IMG/VR virus record: IMGVR_UViG_3300030376_006003
Coordinates: 32,001-96,000 of that record
Direction: 5' to 3' (one strand)
Source: a virus
Lineage: Duplodnaviria > Caudoviricetes
Length of the DNA: 64,000 nt
In this document: in pieces, positions 28,767-38,790 of the stretch
How the letters are laid out: every line of letters starts with the position of its first letter
Numbering within the stretch: position 1 is the first letter of the stretch
The notes under the pieces: model-generated
Seen by the model: the letters and a program-made list of their open reading frames with translations, nothing else
The model's database searches: none
What the model was told of the DNA's origin: nothing
Position numbers and translations under genes: made by a program

Positions 28767-28816
28767 ACAATTAAGTTTTGGAAAACCAATTAAACCATCA
28801 CTTTCTTGTTTTATCT

Positions 28817-29341
28817 TTATAATGTTGAAGCATATATTATAACAGATGGACATAAAGCACTAGAAGAATATACTCTAAATTCATATGCTGTTCCAGTAGC
28901 AAGGCAAGTTATATCATAATTTGTTGCTGTTAAACCTGTTACTGCATCAGTCCAAATACTTGTACCAGCTTGTCTATATTGAACTGTATATGTTCCTGCT
29001 ACTAATGCAGCACTCCATATAAGATTAATACTGGTAGTTGTTATACCTGAACTCATTAAACCTACTGGAGCTTTTGTAAAACAATCTCCTCCAGCTGTTG
29101 CAATTATCATTCTCTGTAATGTAGATAATAATCTTTCACCATTTTCTACAATAATATCATTAGAACCATTTATAGTATAACTAAATTTATCATAACAATG
29201 AGATAAACAGTTTGTACAAGTTAATGACTCACATCTTTCTATAGGTTTATTGCAATTTGATAACTCACACGTATGTGTATAAGCTGTTTGATCACAACCA
29301 CAAGGTAATTTATTACATGGATCTGTTGTACAGTCGCTCAT
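28817..29341 (-). CDS. Cys-rich protein with a C-terminal fibronectin type III domain (probable virion decoration)
   Basis: ITTTSINLIW...YTVQYRQAG...W...YDITCLATGTAYEFRV is the FN3 signature; Cys-rich N-terminus. Confidence 0.75.
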   Translation of the reverse strand: MSDCTTDPCNKLPCGCDQTAYTHTCELSNCNKPIERCESLTCTNCLSHCYDKFSYTINGSNDIIVENGERLLSTLQRMIIATAGGDCFTKAPVGLMSSGITTTSINLIWSAALVAGTYTVQYRQAGTSIWTDAVTGLTATNYDITCLATGTAYEFRVYSSSALCPSVIIYASTL

Positions 29342-30387
29342 TATACTTCTAATTTAGTTGGGTTAGTATATTCTTTTTGAGGTGCTGGACAAGCAGAAGA
29401 AACATCTGTCCAAAAAGGAGCTGTTCTACTATACCTAGCAATTGTGTTACCGCCCTTTGAACCTGCTACTGCATACCAAGCTCCATTTAAGCATTCTGAA
29501 GAAGCTGAAGGTACCCCACTTGAAAAAGCTGGTAACGCTGGATCAAATAAAACTCCATTCTCATTCCAAAGATCTCTAGCACCATGTTGTGCTCCATCTG
29601 TAACAGAAGCATTTTTCAGCACTGTCTCACATTTATTACCGTGTAAAAAGAATGTATATATACCTCCCATTCTTGTAATAGTTAACTTATCTGCTGTTTC
29701 ATCTAGTAAGATTCTAACTGTACTTCTAAGATCTCCAATTACAGCCCACATGTTTTTAACTGTGTCTGATAAAGTTTGTGTATTATGTTCAAGAGGTTGT
29801 GTATATTCTGTCAGTGGTTGATTAATATCTCCAATTTGTGCTGATATACCCTTTGCTATTTGTGATGTATTTCCTACAAGTTTACCTGTAGTTACTACTT
29901 CTTTTTCTGTAGCTCTTACAATTTTTTCTATTGGATGTAGTTTATTTTGTTCAACTGTTCCGCTTGAATAAAGTAAAGGATTTTTCTCTCCTTGTTCTCT
30001 TCTATTAGCTTCATCTAACTTTTTTTGTAAACCTTGTGCAACCTTCTTTTGAACTGATAGATCTTTATGTAGTATTGCTACACCATTTGTTAATGCTTCT
30101 ATTAGATTAGGTAAAGTTACTTTATCACTTGTCGTATTAGCATACCTTTTAAAAGACTCTGATACACTGAATATCAGATCATTAACATCTATCTTACCAT
30201 CATTATTTGAATCAGGTGTACCTGCTGGCACTTCCATTTTAGCAACATTATCAATTATAAGTTGTAAAAGTTGTTCATCTGTTGCCGCCCTTTCTCCTTT
30301 TAAACTATTTTGATTGATATTAGAAATATCAAGACGTATTGTACGTCCATTATTTAGACCTGATTTGTTTGAAGTTTCAAAAGCCAT
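29341..30387 (-). CDS. Probable virion structural protein with coiled coils and an EF-hand/dockerin-like loop
   Basis: DSNNDGKIDVNDL loop; heptad segments; sits within the structural block. Confidence 0.45.
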   Translation of the reverse strand: MAFETSNKSGLNNGRTIRLDISNINQNSLKGERAATDEQLLQLIIDNVAKMEVPAGTPDSNNDGKIDVNDLIFSVSESFKRYANTTSDKVTLPNLIEALTNGVAILHKDLSVQKKVAQGLQKKLDEANRREQGEKNPLLYSSGTVEQNKLHPIEKIVRATEKEVVTTGKLVGNTSQIAKGISAQIGDINQPLTEYTQPLEHNTQTLSDTVKNMWAVIGDLRSTVRILLDETADKLTITRMGGIYTFFLHGNKCETVLKNASVTDGAQHGARDLWNENGVLFDPALPAFSSGVPSASSECLNGAWYAVAGSKGGNTIARYSRTAPFWTDVSSACPAPQKEYTNPTKLEV

Positions 30388-30411
30388 ATTCTATTTTCTT
30401 TTCTTATATAT

Positions 30412-30421
30412 TATAATATAC
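30412..30421 (-). promoter_or_regulatory. Putative late promoter motif GTATATTATA
   Basis: Exact match to the 13826 copy; upstream of the 30387 start. Confidence 0.5.
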
Positions 30422-30458
30422 AAATATTATGTGTTATATACAAATGATTCATCATTCT

Positions 30459-33116
30459 TTATACTACAGTAACTGTATTGTTAAATAAGTCAATTTCAAC
30501 TGAAGTACCATCACCTGCTGATATTGCTTGTCCATTTGTTCCAATACCTACTTCTATGTGTGAACCTGGATTACTAGGATCTTCTCTAAATATTCTCATA
30601 ATACTAGCATCTCCGTGAGCATTAGCAACCCATGTATTATCACCATCAAATTCTATTTGATCACCTACCTGATAATTCTCACCTGGTTGTTGTACAGTTG
30701 GTACTATTGAAGTATCTGTATGTGCAGAAAGTACATTTCCAGCTGATTTATCAGCTCTAATAAAAGCACCTGAACCTGAACCTGTAATAGCTTTTATATA
30801 ATACGCAGTATTATTTTGAGAGCTATTATTAGTTATATAATTTGAACCACCTGCAGTAAAAGCACCTAATGTAATAATTCCACCATTAGCGTCAACTGAT
30901 GCTACGGTTGCAAGAGCTCCTGAACCTGAACATTTATTCCATTGATCTCCAATTAGTCTTGCTGTTATTACACCATTTGCAGACTGAGAAGACAGGTCAT
31001 TAATAATAGAATCTGTTAATTTAAATAATCCTGAATTTCTACCACTGTAACCCCAGGTATAACCTACTGGAAAATAACCCCAAATATTTTCATTTTGTGT
31101 CTGTCTTGCATCATTTATTATTCCAGAATCCGTTTGATCTGTGTCATTAGTGTGTATGGACCATGAGTTTGGGTAGTTCCTTGACCACGTTGGGTCAGTG
31201 TTAGAAGCTCTAGTCCAACCTGCTGGTGGGTCAAAACTTTCATTACTCCATCTTCTTGCATATACACTATTCCAGTTGTCTTGTTTATCGCTGCTGCTAT
31301 TATTTGTATTTATTTTTCTAGATTTTCTATATATTGTTTCACCTGCTTGATTTACACAAGAAAGTTGTAACCTAAATCCACCATCAGCACAACCATGGGT
31401 ATTGTTAGATTCTGCTACTAAAGGTATTGATACAGTAGAATTAGGAGCATACATTATATCTTCTTCTACAATTGTAAATTCCATAGGACCTGTAAAATTT
31501 AAATCGTTTGTAGCAAATGCTGCATTTAAAGTAGCAACATCAAATTCAATTGTTTGACCTACAGCTACATTGCCAGGATTAGAACAGGATTCTAAACTTG
31601 CTCCTATCTCATTACCTTTTCTAAAAAGCGTGAATGTAGTTCCTCCACCTAAACCTCCATATGTTCCACCTGATGCCGTTATTCCATTATAAGAATTATT
31701 AGTAGAACTACCTCCTATTGAAAATACGGGAAGTATACTTCTATTCCAAAGAGGAGGTCCGGGTAAAGTTAAACCAGCATGACTCTGAGGTGCTGTATAT
31801 GTATTAAGGCCTGTTGTAGCAGGCATCGTATGTACTATACTATTTCCTGCAGTAGTTGTACCACCAGTATATCCTATTTGGAACTGCATGTTTTGTATTA
31901 TTTGATAAGCAGCACTTACAGTAACTATTTGTTCAGCAAATAAAGCACCCGGATCTTCAACTCTTAATTTGAATAATGTTTGACCTGCTGCTACAGGTCC
32001 TGTAAGTGTAAATTGATTATTTCCTGCTGCTCCACCTGCAAGATCTTTTTGTAATGTCCATCCTGCTGGTAAACCTGGTGTATAGGTTGTACCACCATCT
32101 GTTGAATATTCAGATGTTAATGTTAATTGATCATAAGTATGATCTTCATCACAATAATGTCCATTATATATATATGTACCACCTACAGCTCCAGTAAAAG
32201 TAGGTGGAACTGAATCAGCACCACAAGTACCTTGACTTACATTTGTTTTAAATACGGGTGGTTCAGGATTAGGATATGTACAAGAACCATCATCTGCACA
32301 AGCAGTAGGGTCATAATTATTAGCAGTAGCATCTGTACAACCATCACCAGTAATAGTAAGATTTAATGTTTCAGTATGATTACAGCCTGAAGCGTTAGTA
32401 GTTACACTAGTGTAGGTTCCTGAAGTAGTATAAGTATTACCGTTTCCTTGAGGTCCTGACCATGTGTAAGTGAGACAACCTGTATCATTAAGAATGCCTG
32501 TAGTTGCCTGATCTATTGTTAGATTTAATGTTTCAGTATGATCACAAGTTCCACTTGAATCTATATCTGTATAAGTACCGCTAGCAGTATAAGTTTGTCC
32601 ATTTACACTCCATGTATATGATCCACAATCTTGAGCTGTAGTACTATTTGATGTTGGGTAAGAGCATGAACCATCATCCACTGTAGCTGAAGGATTATAA
32701 TTACATGCCAAATTATCTGTACAACCAGGATAAGTACAAGTACCATCGTCTACACATGCTGATGAATTATAGTTAGATGCGGCTGGATCCATACATCCAG
32801 CAGTCTCACAACAGCAAGAAGTATCACCATAAGTTCCTGCTGCTATATAGGCAGCTGAACCAGGTAAATTACCAGCACAATCAGCATTATAACAAGTACT
32901 ATAACCATAAGTAGCGCTTGGATTCATACAACCTGGGTTCTTATCTATACAAGATCCATCATCACAATTTGCTAAACTATTATAATTAGAAGCCAAAGGG
33001 TCTGTACAACCTAATACAATATCCTGTAAAGTCCCATCAGCATTCTCTATTGGAATACAGTTGCAGTCTTCTGCTGCTTTTCTTTTGTCACAATCTATAC
33101 AATCATCTATACTCAT
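30459..33116 (-). CDS. Cys-repeat surface/fibre-like protein (885 aa)
   Basis: Five GCTDP-type repeats, two C.YTW..NG.TYT.SGTYT..C.HTETLNLTI repeats, and a Thr/Gly/Ser-rich beta C-terminal region. Confidence 0.6.
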   Translation of the reverse strand: MSIDDCIDCDKRKAAEDCNCIPIENADGTLQDIVLGCTDPLASNYNSLANCDDGSCIDKNPGCMNPSATYGYSTCYNADCAGNLPGSAAYIAAGTYGDTSCCCETAGCMDPAASNYNSSACVDDGTCTYPGCTDNLACNYNPSATVDDGSCSYPTSNSTTAQDCGSYTWSVNGQTYTASGTYTDIDSSGTCDHTETLNLTIDQATTGILNDTGCLTYTWSGPQGNGNTYTTSGTYTSVTTNASGCNHTETLNLTITGDGCTDATANNYDPTACADDGSCTYPNPEPPVFKTNVSQGTCGADSVPPTFTGAVGGTYIYNGHYCDEDHTYDQLTLTSEYSTDGGTTYTPGLPAGWTLQKDLAGGAAGNNQFTLTGPVAAGQTLFKLRVEDPGALFAEQIVTVSAAYQIIQNMQFQIGYTGGTTTAGNSIVHTMPATTGLNTYTAPQSHAGLTLPGPPLWNRSILPVFSIGGSSTNNSYNGITASGGTYGGLGGGTTFTLFRKGNEIGASLESCSNPGNVAVGQTIEFDVATLNAAFATNDLNFTGPMEFTIVEEDIMYAPNSTVSIPLVAESNNTHGCADGGFRLQLSCVNQAGETIYRKSRKINTNNSSSDKQDNWNSVYARRWSNESFDPPAGWTRASNTDPTWSRNYPNSWSIHTNDTDQTDSGIINDARQTQNENIWGYFPVGYTWGYSGRNSGLFKLTDSIINDLSSQSANGVITARLIGDQWNKCSGSGALATVASVDANGGIITLGAFTAGGSNYITNNSSQNNTAYYIKAITGSGSGAFIRADKSAGNVLSAHTDTSIVPTVQQPGENYQVGDQIEFDGDNTWVANAHGDASIMRIFREDPSNPGSHIEVGIGTNGQAISAGDGTSVEIDLFNNTVTVV

Positions 33117-33118
33117 TA

Positions 33119-36100
33119 TTAAAACATTTTTATATTACCACAATCATCACAGTCTAAACCATCTACTGTTATTGTTATTTTTTGTGAATTACAATTTCCT
33201 GTTGTTGTAAAACAGTGACAAAGATTAATTTTATGTTCAGTATCTTCTGCTGCATTAGGTATAGATAATCTTAATACTCCTAATGAATCTGTTTTACCAG
33301 CATATAAACCATCAAGTACTATTTCATAATCTGGTATTCTATCACCATCTTTATTTTCAACTATTATAACTATACACTCTGACCCATCACATGTTCTTTT
33401 TGTGGTTCCACAATCAGTTGCGTCTACCCAATCAGGTTTTGGTGTAGCTCCGTTTATATGTTTTATTTTAGTAAAAGTCTCTGCACCATAATCTGGTAAT
33501 AATCTATCTACCCAATCAGATGAATATTTCTTAGAAGCACGTCCATCCATATTATATAAACATCCTGGATCTAAACCATATCTTTTATTCTTATAAAGAT
33601 TATAGACATCAGTTGCAAAATTACATTCTGTATCAATTTTAAGTAACTCACATCTTGACATTGAATCTCTTGGATCTTCCTCAAGAGGGAACATGCAAGT
33701 ACCATCATCTACTCCTGCTAACGGATTATAATTCCAAGATAAAGGATCAGTACATCCTAATATACAGTTTAGTTGTGATGTAATTTGTGCTTCACTTATT
33801 GTTATTGTTATTAATGATTGTATACAGGAACCAGCAGCTGTAAATGTATAACAGTCGTTTATTACTGCTGTACCTGCAGCCGATAATGTATGACTCACTG
33901 TACCGTTGGCATTTGTATTCCCAATAGCTATTCCATCAACTTTTATAGGATAATTCATTACAGGACTTCCATTAACATCTACAGCCTTTATTATAAGACA
34001 TTGAGAACCATCACATATTGTTGTTGTTGATCCTGATCCTAAGAACACAGTAAGATCATTAACAAATGTCTGTGCTTGGAAAGGTACTTCAGCTATATTT
34101 ACTCCCCAACCGTGTTGATCTAGACCTCCGTATGTAGGAACAGTACCTGTCCAATAAGGATTTGTAGTTTCTAAATCAGTAATAGTAACAAGAGAATTTG
34201 TAGGAATAGTTCCAACTTGCCAAGTACCATCAAGAGTACCAGTACCACCAGCTTCATCTTGATTACCGCTATGAATTGTTGCTAGAGCGTGCATAGGAAA
34301 AGCAGTATGGCTACTACCAGCACTTCCAGGTTTAGAAGGATAAAGAAATGCTTTAAAACTTTTTCCATTTGCGTTAATAAATGCAGTTCTTTGTGCAATA
34401 TATTCAGAATGATCAGCTTGCCAATGTACAGTAGGTTGTCCTGATTGTATATTAGACCAATCTACACCACCCCCACTGTATGTTGAATCATTATCAAAAG
34501 AGTTACCCATACCATGGTATGAAAATGTTGCCTCATCTGCAAAACATATAACTAAAACATCATCAGTTGTAGAAGCAGCTGGAGCGGAACCAATAAATAG
34601 TTGATTCCCATTATTATTTCCAGCATTATCACCATCAGGCATAGGAGCTCCTGTTCTTCCAAGACCTGTACCATTTGGATCTACTTCAGAAGTATCATAA
34701 AATGTATCTATAGTCCATGTATGACCACCTGCCGTCCATGTTGCTGTATCATATGACCAGTTACATATTTTATGTGCTCTGGAAGCATGACTAGCAATCC
34801 CATAAGGACTAGGTCCATATAAATTTGTAGTTGGATCTCTTCTAGCGAAACAACTACTACCAGGGTTACACCATTCTGATTGTACACTAAAAACAGTACC
34901 ACTATTAGCACCACCTCCAGTCCACTTATGATCTAAAGTAACTTGAGCATTATTATTATTAAACTTCCCTGTTATTGCAGATGTTGCCCAATCTAACCAT
35001 CTTTCATTAGCAATAGCTGTATGAAATACATTTTGAGTGCTAGAACCATGAACTGTATCTACAGTAAAGTCAGGAAGATCTAATAACCATACCATAACAG
35101 CCTCATAAGCAGCTTTAACTTCATCTACCCCTAAAGATGTTCCATCATAATACAGGTATACTTTTGTTTCATTACCAACTAATTGTTCTGACTCACCACA
35201 TACAGGAATTGCCCAGTTAGGTTCAGGTCCTTTATTTGCACGATCATAGTCCTCTTTTTGATAAGAGCATTCACCTACTACTTTTATTGTTTGACCTTCT
35301 GTTAATCCTGTTACAGGAATTGTTGCTGGAGGAGTAGCACATCCTGTTGATGTTCCATAAGGTGCACCGTCTACTGTTGTTATTATATTACTTAAACCTG
35401 CTCCTGTACTTAAATCTATATCTATAGTTGAAGTTCCGTCAGGTTGACAGACTTCAGTCCCAAATAAAATATCACATCCTCCTGAATTTTGACTTACTAC
35501 AATACAACTACCATCATCACATGTAGCATTTGGATCATAGTTACCAGCTAACGGATCTGTACAGCCGTATGTGCAATAAGTACATGAACCATCATCATAA
35601 GTAGCTGTTGGGCTATAATTTGTTGCAGCAGGGTCAGTACATCCATAGGTATAAGTACAAGAACCATCATCTACCGTAGCATTAGGATCATAATTTGTTG
35701 CACTTGGATCTGTACATCCATTTACTGGAGGAGTTAAGCAGTCTGTACAAGGAGATGAACTACCATTAGGATATGTTATATATGCACCTATAGTTATAAC
35801 ATCTGTTCCAGCTTCAGCTGTCGCACTGTCTCCCATATACTCATAACACATATCAGCATTAGTTCCTGATGGATCCATGTTTATTACATCACCTTGATTA
35901 GGGCTACCTACACTCTGATAGAAAGCTACACTACTTGGACTGTCATCTGGTACACCAGGTCCAACTATATTTAGTACTGTAGAATTTGTACATTTTTTCC
36001 ACTTATGAAAAAGTGTGTTAGCATTTGCAGCTTGACAACCTGCACAAGTACCATAAACTGCTGGGACAGCATCCCAAGGAACAGTGTTTGAATAAAAATA

Positions 36101-36652
36101 CCATTGACCATAATCTAAAGCAGGGTCACCTATTGGATATTCACCCATATATTCCCAACACTGAACATTATATGAAGTTACAGTTCCAATAACAGTTGGA
36201 GATCCTAGACCTACATATACTGCATTATTAGAAGCTGTTGTTAAAGTGCTATCTATATCTCCATCTATAACATGACGTACATTGTTACCTGGATCAAAAC
36301 AACCTCTAAAAGCATGATAATTTACTGTTGCTGGTATTTGTGAAACACATCCAGCACATGTAGTACCTGTAGGAGTTAATGATCCTGATGGTGAAGTTAC
36401 ACCCCATTCATATAATCCTGTATTTGATGGATCAGAACTATAGTCTATAAATTCCCAACATATACCGTTGTGTACTGTAAACTCTCCAGCACTAGGTTGC
36501 CCTAAATGACTCCAAAAATTCCAACTACCCTGTCTTTGATCAGAAATAGTATCACTTTGAGATGCTTCAGTTACTGATTTTTCAAACGGAGTTTGATCAC
36601 AAGCTGTGTATTGTTTAAAGTGGTAAAAATGTTGATCGTTTAAATTTGGCAT
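33119..36652 (-). CDS. Cys-repeat surface/fibre-like protein (1177 aa)
   Basis: Three N-terminal C(W/Y)E(F/Y)...CxxC repeats, four GCTDP repeats, a vWA-like core and a duplicated C-terminal beta domain. Confidence 0.6.
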   Translation of the reverse strand: MPNLNDQHFYHFKQYTACDQTPFEKSVTEASQSDTISDQRQGSWNFWSHLGQPSAGEFTVHNGICWEFIDYSSDPSNTGLYEWGVTSPSGSLTPTGTTCAGCVSQIPATVNYHAFRGCFDPGNNVRHVIDGDIDSTLTTASNNAVYVGLGSPTVIGTVTSYNVQCWEYMGEYPIGDPALDYGQWYFYSNTVPWDAVPAVYGTCAGCQAANANTLFHKWKKCTNSTVLNIVGPGVPDDSPSSVAFYQSVGSPNQGDVINMDPSGTNADMCYEYMGDSATAEAGTDVITIGAYITYPNGSSSPCTDCLTPPVNGCTDPSATNYDPNATVDDGSCTYTYGCTDPAATNYSPTATYDDGSCTYCTYGCTDPLAGNYDPNATCDDGSCIVVSQNSGGCDILFGTEVCQPDGTSTIDIDLSTGAGLSNIITTVDGAPYGTSTGCATPPATIPVTGLTEGQTIKVVGECSYQKEDYDRANKGPEPNWAIPVCGESEQLVGNETKVYLYYDGTSLGVDEVKAAYEAVMVWLLDLPDFTVDTVHGSSTQNVFHTAIANERWLDWATSAITGKFNNNNAQVTLDHKWTGGGANSGTVFSVQSEWCNPGSSCFARRDPTTNLYGPSPYGIASHASRAHKICNWSYDTATWTAGGHTWTIDTFYDTSEVDPNGTGLGRTGAPMPDGDNAGNNNGNQLFIGSAPAASTTDDVLVICFADEATFSYHGMGNSFDNDSTYSGGGVDWSNIQSGQPTVHWQADHSEYIAQRTAFINANGKSFKAFLYPSKPGSAGSSHTAFPMHALATIHSGNQDEAGGTGTLDGTWQVGTIPTNSLVTITDLETTNPYWTGTVPTYGGLDQHGWGVNIAEVPFQAQTFVNDLTVFLGSGSTTTICDGSQCLIIKAVDVNGSPVMNYPIKVDGIAIGNTNANGTVSHTLSAAGTAVINDCYTFTAAGSCIQSLITITISEAQITSQLNCILGCTDPLSWNYNPLAGVDDGTCMFPLEEDPRDSMSRCELLKIDTECNFATDVYNLYKNKRYGLDPGCLYNMDGRASKKYSSDWVDRLLPDYGAETFTKIKHINGATPKPDWVDATDCGTTKRTCDGSECIVIIVENKDGDRIPDYEIVLDGLYAGKTDSLGVLRLSIPNAAEDTEHKINLCHCFTTTGNCNSQKITITVDGLDCDDCGNIKMF

Positions 36653-36655
36653 TAT

Positions 36656-36817
36656 CTATACGTTTTGTTCTCTTGCTTTTCTATCTCTAATTATTGTATT
36701 GGCTTTATTAACACAGCTTTTATGTACTGTATTTCCATCATCATCTTTAGTTTTTTGACATCCACAAGAAAATCTCCCTTTGCAGTATGCGCAGTTTACT
36801 CCGTTTATTACTCCCAT
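36656..36817 (-). CDS. Small Cys/His protein (53 aa), likely Zn-binding
   Basis: Not in the ORF track. MGVINGVNCAYCKGRFSCGCQKTKDDDGNTVHKSCVNKANTIIRDRKAREQNV fills the gap between neighbours and has an A-rich leader. Confidence 0.65.
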   Translation of the reverse strand: MGVINGVNCAYCKGRFSCGCQKTKDDDGNTVHKSCVNKANTIIRDRKAREQNV

Positions 36818-36840
36818 TTTTTTGGTTTTTAATTATTGGT

Positions 36841-37425
36841 TTATCTATTTATCTTAGTTAATCCGTCACATTGTTGACAAACTATTCTTTCTAATTTTTT
36901 CTTTGCATAGTTGAATAACTCCATACCTGCATCTGGTTGAGAGCAGTATTCAACTTTTGATTTAGCTCCATCTATTAACATTTTAATAGTATTCATTTCC
37001 ATCAATAACTTCTTTCTAACAGAATCAGGCTCACATGCAGCCATATCTAAAGCACATAACTTCTCATAATACATTTTCATTAAACCTGTGGTTCTTAAGA
37101 AGTTATATTCTACATATGTTTTATCATGAGGAGATAATTGGTATCTTATAGTATATACTCCATCTGGTATATCTACTCTAATGCTATTACAGCTCATTAA
37201 CTGAATGTTTAATGCGCAAGCTGTTATGTTTAAATCAAAGCCAGGTTTAACTTCAATTATAGATGTTTTTTTTGTGTTAGTTCCAGCTGGAGCTGGTGGA
37301 GTTATTAATAGTTCAGCACAATCTGTACCTAAACCATCTGCGTATTTGCTTGTATCTTTTATGGATAAGTATTTTGTATTAGAAACATTAAGAACTTCTA
37401 AACTTAGTATGTGTTTGGCAGCCAT
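36841..37425 (-). CDS. Putative virion structural protein (194 aa)
   Basis: IPDGVYTIRY beta motif followed by a helical C-terminus; located in the structural block. Confidence 0.5.
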   Translation of the reverse strand: MAAKHILSLEVLNVSNTKYLSIKDTSKYADGLGTDCAELLITPPAPAGTNTKKTSIIEVKPGFDLNITACALNIQLMSCNSIRVDIPDGVYTIRYQLSPHDKTYVEYNFLRTTGLMKMYYEKLCALDMAACEPDSVRKKLLMEMNTIKMLIDGAKSKVEYCSQPDAGMELFNYAKKKLERIVCQQCDGLTKINR

Positions 37426-37462
37426 TTATGTAAGATTATATTTAAAATATTTAGTATCTATT

Positions 37463-37472
37463 AATAATATAC
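37463..37472 (-). promoter_or_regulatory. Putative late promoter motif GTATATTATT
   Basis: Lies between a terminator and the 37425 start; preceded by a T-tract. Confidence 0.5.
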
Positions 37473-37495
37473 AAAAAATCATAGAGATATAAAAC

Positions 37496-37525
37496 AAAAA
37501 AGGGTGAGAACTTAATCCCACCCTT
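37496..37525 (-). terminator. Intrinsic terminator
   Basis: AAGGGTG(A)GA...TC(C)CACCCTT stem plus T-tract after the 37550 stop. Confidence 0.7.
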
Positions 37526-37549
37526 CTTAATAATTATTACTATCTATTA

Positions 37550-38683
37550 CTAGAAAGTTTCTACACTAAGACCTGTTGCAGTTGATATAGCAGTAAGTAT
37601 AGCAAGTGCAGCAGTATTATCAGCAGCTACATCTGACTTAGCAGCTAAACATATAACATATTGATCATTGTCAAATACTCCAGTTGGATTATTATAACGT
37701 GGAACACTATGTTGTATATAATACATAGAATATAAAGCAGATCTATCTACAGCAGCTAATAACTTGTCAGTTTTCTGAATCTCTCTGAATCTTGAAGAAT
37801 CTCTATTTCCTTGATTCCATCCACCGTCTTGTCTGTATCTACCGTCCATAATAAGATCTCTAAGTACTGTCTCACCACTAGTATGACTTTGTACGTCAAC
37901 AATTGTTATACCTTCAACAGGCATAGTATCAGTAGTATCAGCACCTAACAGTACACAACCAGTAGCACAAGCATCACCTTCAGAATCAACTTCAGTAATA
38001 GTCATTGTTAATGGTTGAGTGTTGTACCAGTCTCTTGTATCTAGTGAACAGTCACCAAACTCAGTCTCATTATCAGCTAACATCGTAATAGTAAGTTGTG
38101 CAGCACCAGCTTGAGAAGCTACAATAAATTGACTTAAGATAGGGTGCTCATTAATTGCTAGCATCCAAGCATCAGCAACTTCATCATTAGTAAGAGCTGT
38201 ATTATCTGTACAACATTTGTTAGCATCAACTACATGATAGAAGTTTCTGTTTAAAGCTCTCATTACTCTTTCACCTTTTAGGTCAATACGTAATTGAGCG
38301 TGGTTATTACAAGTAAAACAAGAAGCTTTAATGTTAATTGTAGTAGATGGTGGAGTTTGTGCAACCGCAACATCTTTCCATAATCTTGTAACATAATTTT
38401 TCTTGATTAACTTTGATTTAACTGATGCAGCATAACCACCATGTAATTTATTACCACCAATGGTATCCATAGCGCTTGTTACTGAAGCTGCAGTTTTGTT
38501 GTAGTTTCCTTGAATAACAAGAAAATTACCATCAGATGGAACTGTTGCTGTACCTGTATAGCTATCTGCTGAAAAGATACCAATTTCACCTGCTGTCAAT
38601 GCTGAAGCGTTACCGCTGGTAACTACAGTACCACCGCCACTCACAAGCATTGTTTTTTTGTAAGCATGATTAAAATAACTCAT
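37550..38683 (-). CDS. Putative auxiliary capsid/decoration protein (377 aa)
   Basis: Ala/Thr-rich and beta-rich, with high-expression codons, its own promoter motif and terminator, downstream of the MCP cluster as in crAss-like phages. Confidence 0.55.
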   Translation of the reverse strand: MSYFNHAYKKTMLVSGGGTVVTSGNASALTAGEIGIFSADSYTGTATVPSDGNFLVIQGNYNKTAASVTSAMDTIGGNKLHGGYAASVKSKLIKKNYVTRLWKDVAVAQTPPSTTINIKASCFTCNNHAQLRIDLKGERVMRALNRNFYHVVDANKCCTDNTALTNDEVADAWMLAINEHPILSQFIVASQAGAAQLTITMLADNETEFGDCSLDTRDWYNTQPLTMTITEVDSEGDACATGCVLLGADTTDTMPVEGITIVDVQSHTSGETVLRDLIMDGRYRQDGGWNQGNRDSSRFREIQKTDKLLAAVDRSALYSMYYIQHSVPRYNNPTGVFDNDQYVICLAAKSDVAADNTAALAILTAISTATGLSVETF

Positions 38684-38790
38684 TTTTTTAGTGCCTAGTT
38701 TTGGCTAGGTCTTTTATTTATTAATAACACGAATGGCTTTACATCACCAGAATAAAGGAAGCCAAACCTGAACCCTTATCCTTGTATATC

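Noticed and set aside
32280-35720. CRISPR array or diversity-generating retroelement repeats
   Set aside because: The repeats are in-frame protein repeats with synonymous divergence; no adenine-specific TR/VR pair and no reverse transcriptase are visible.
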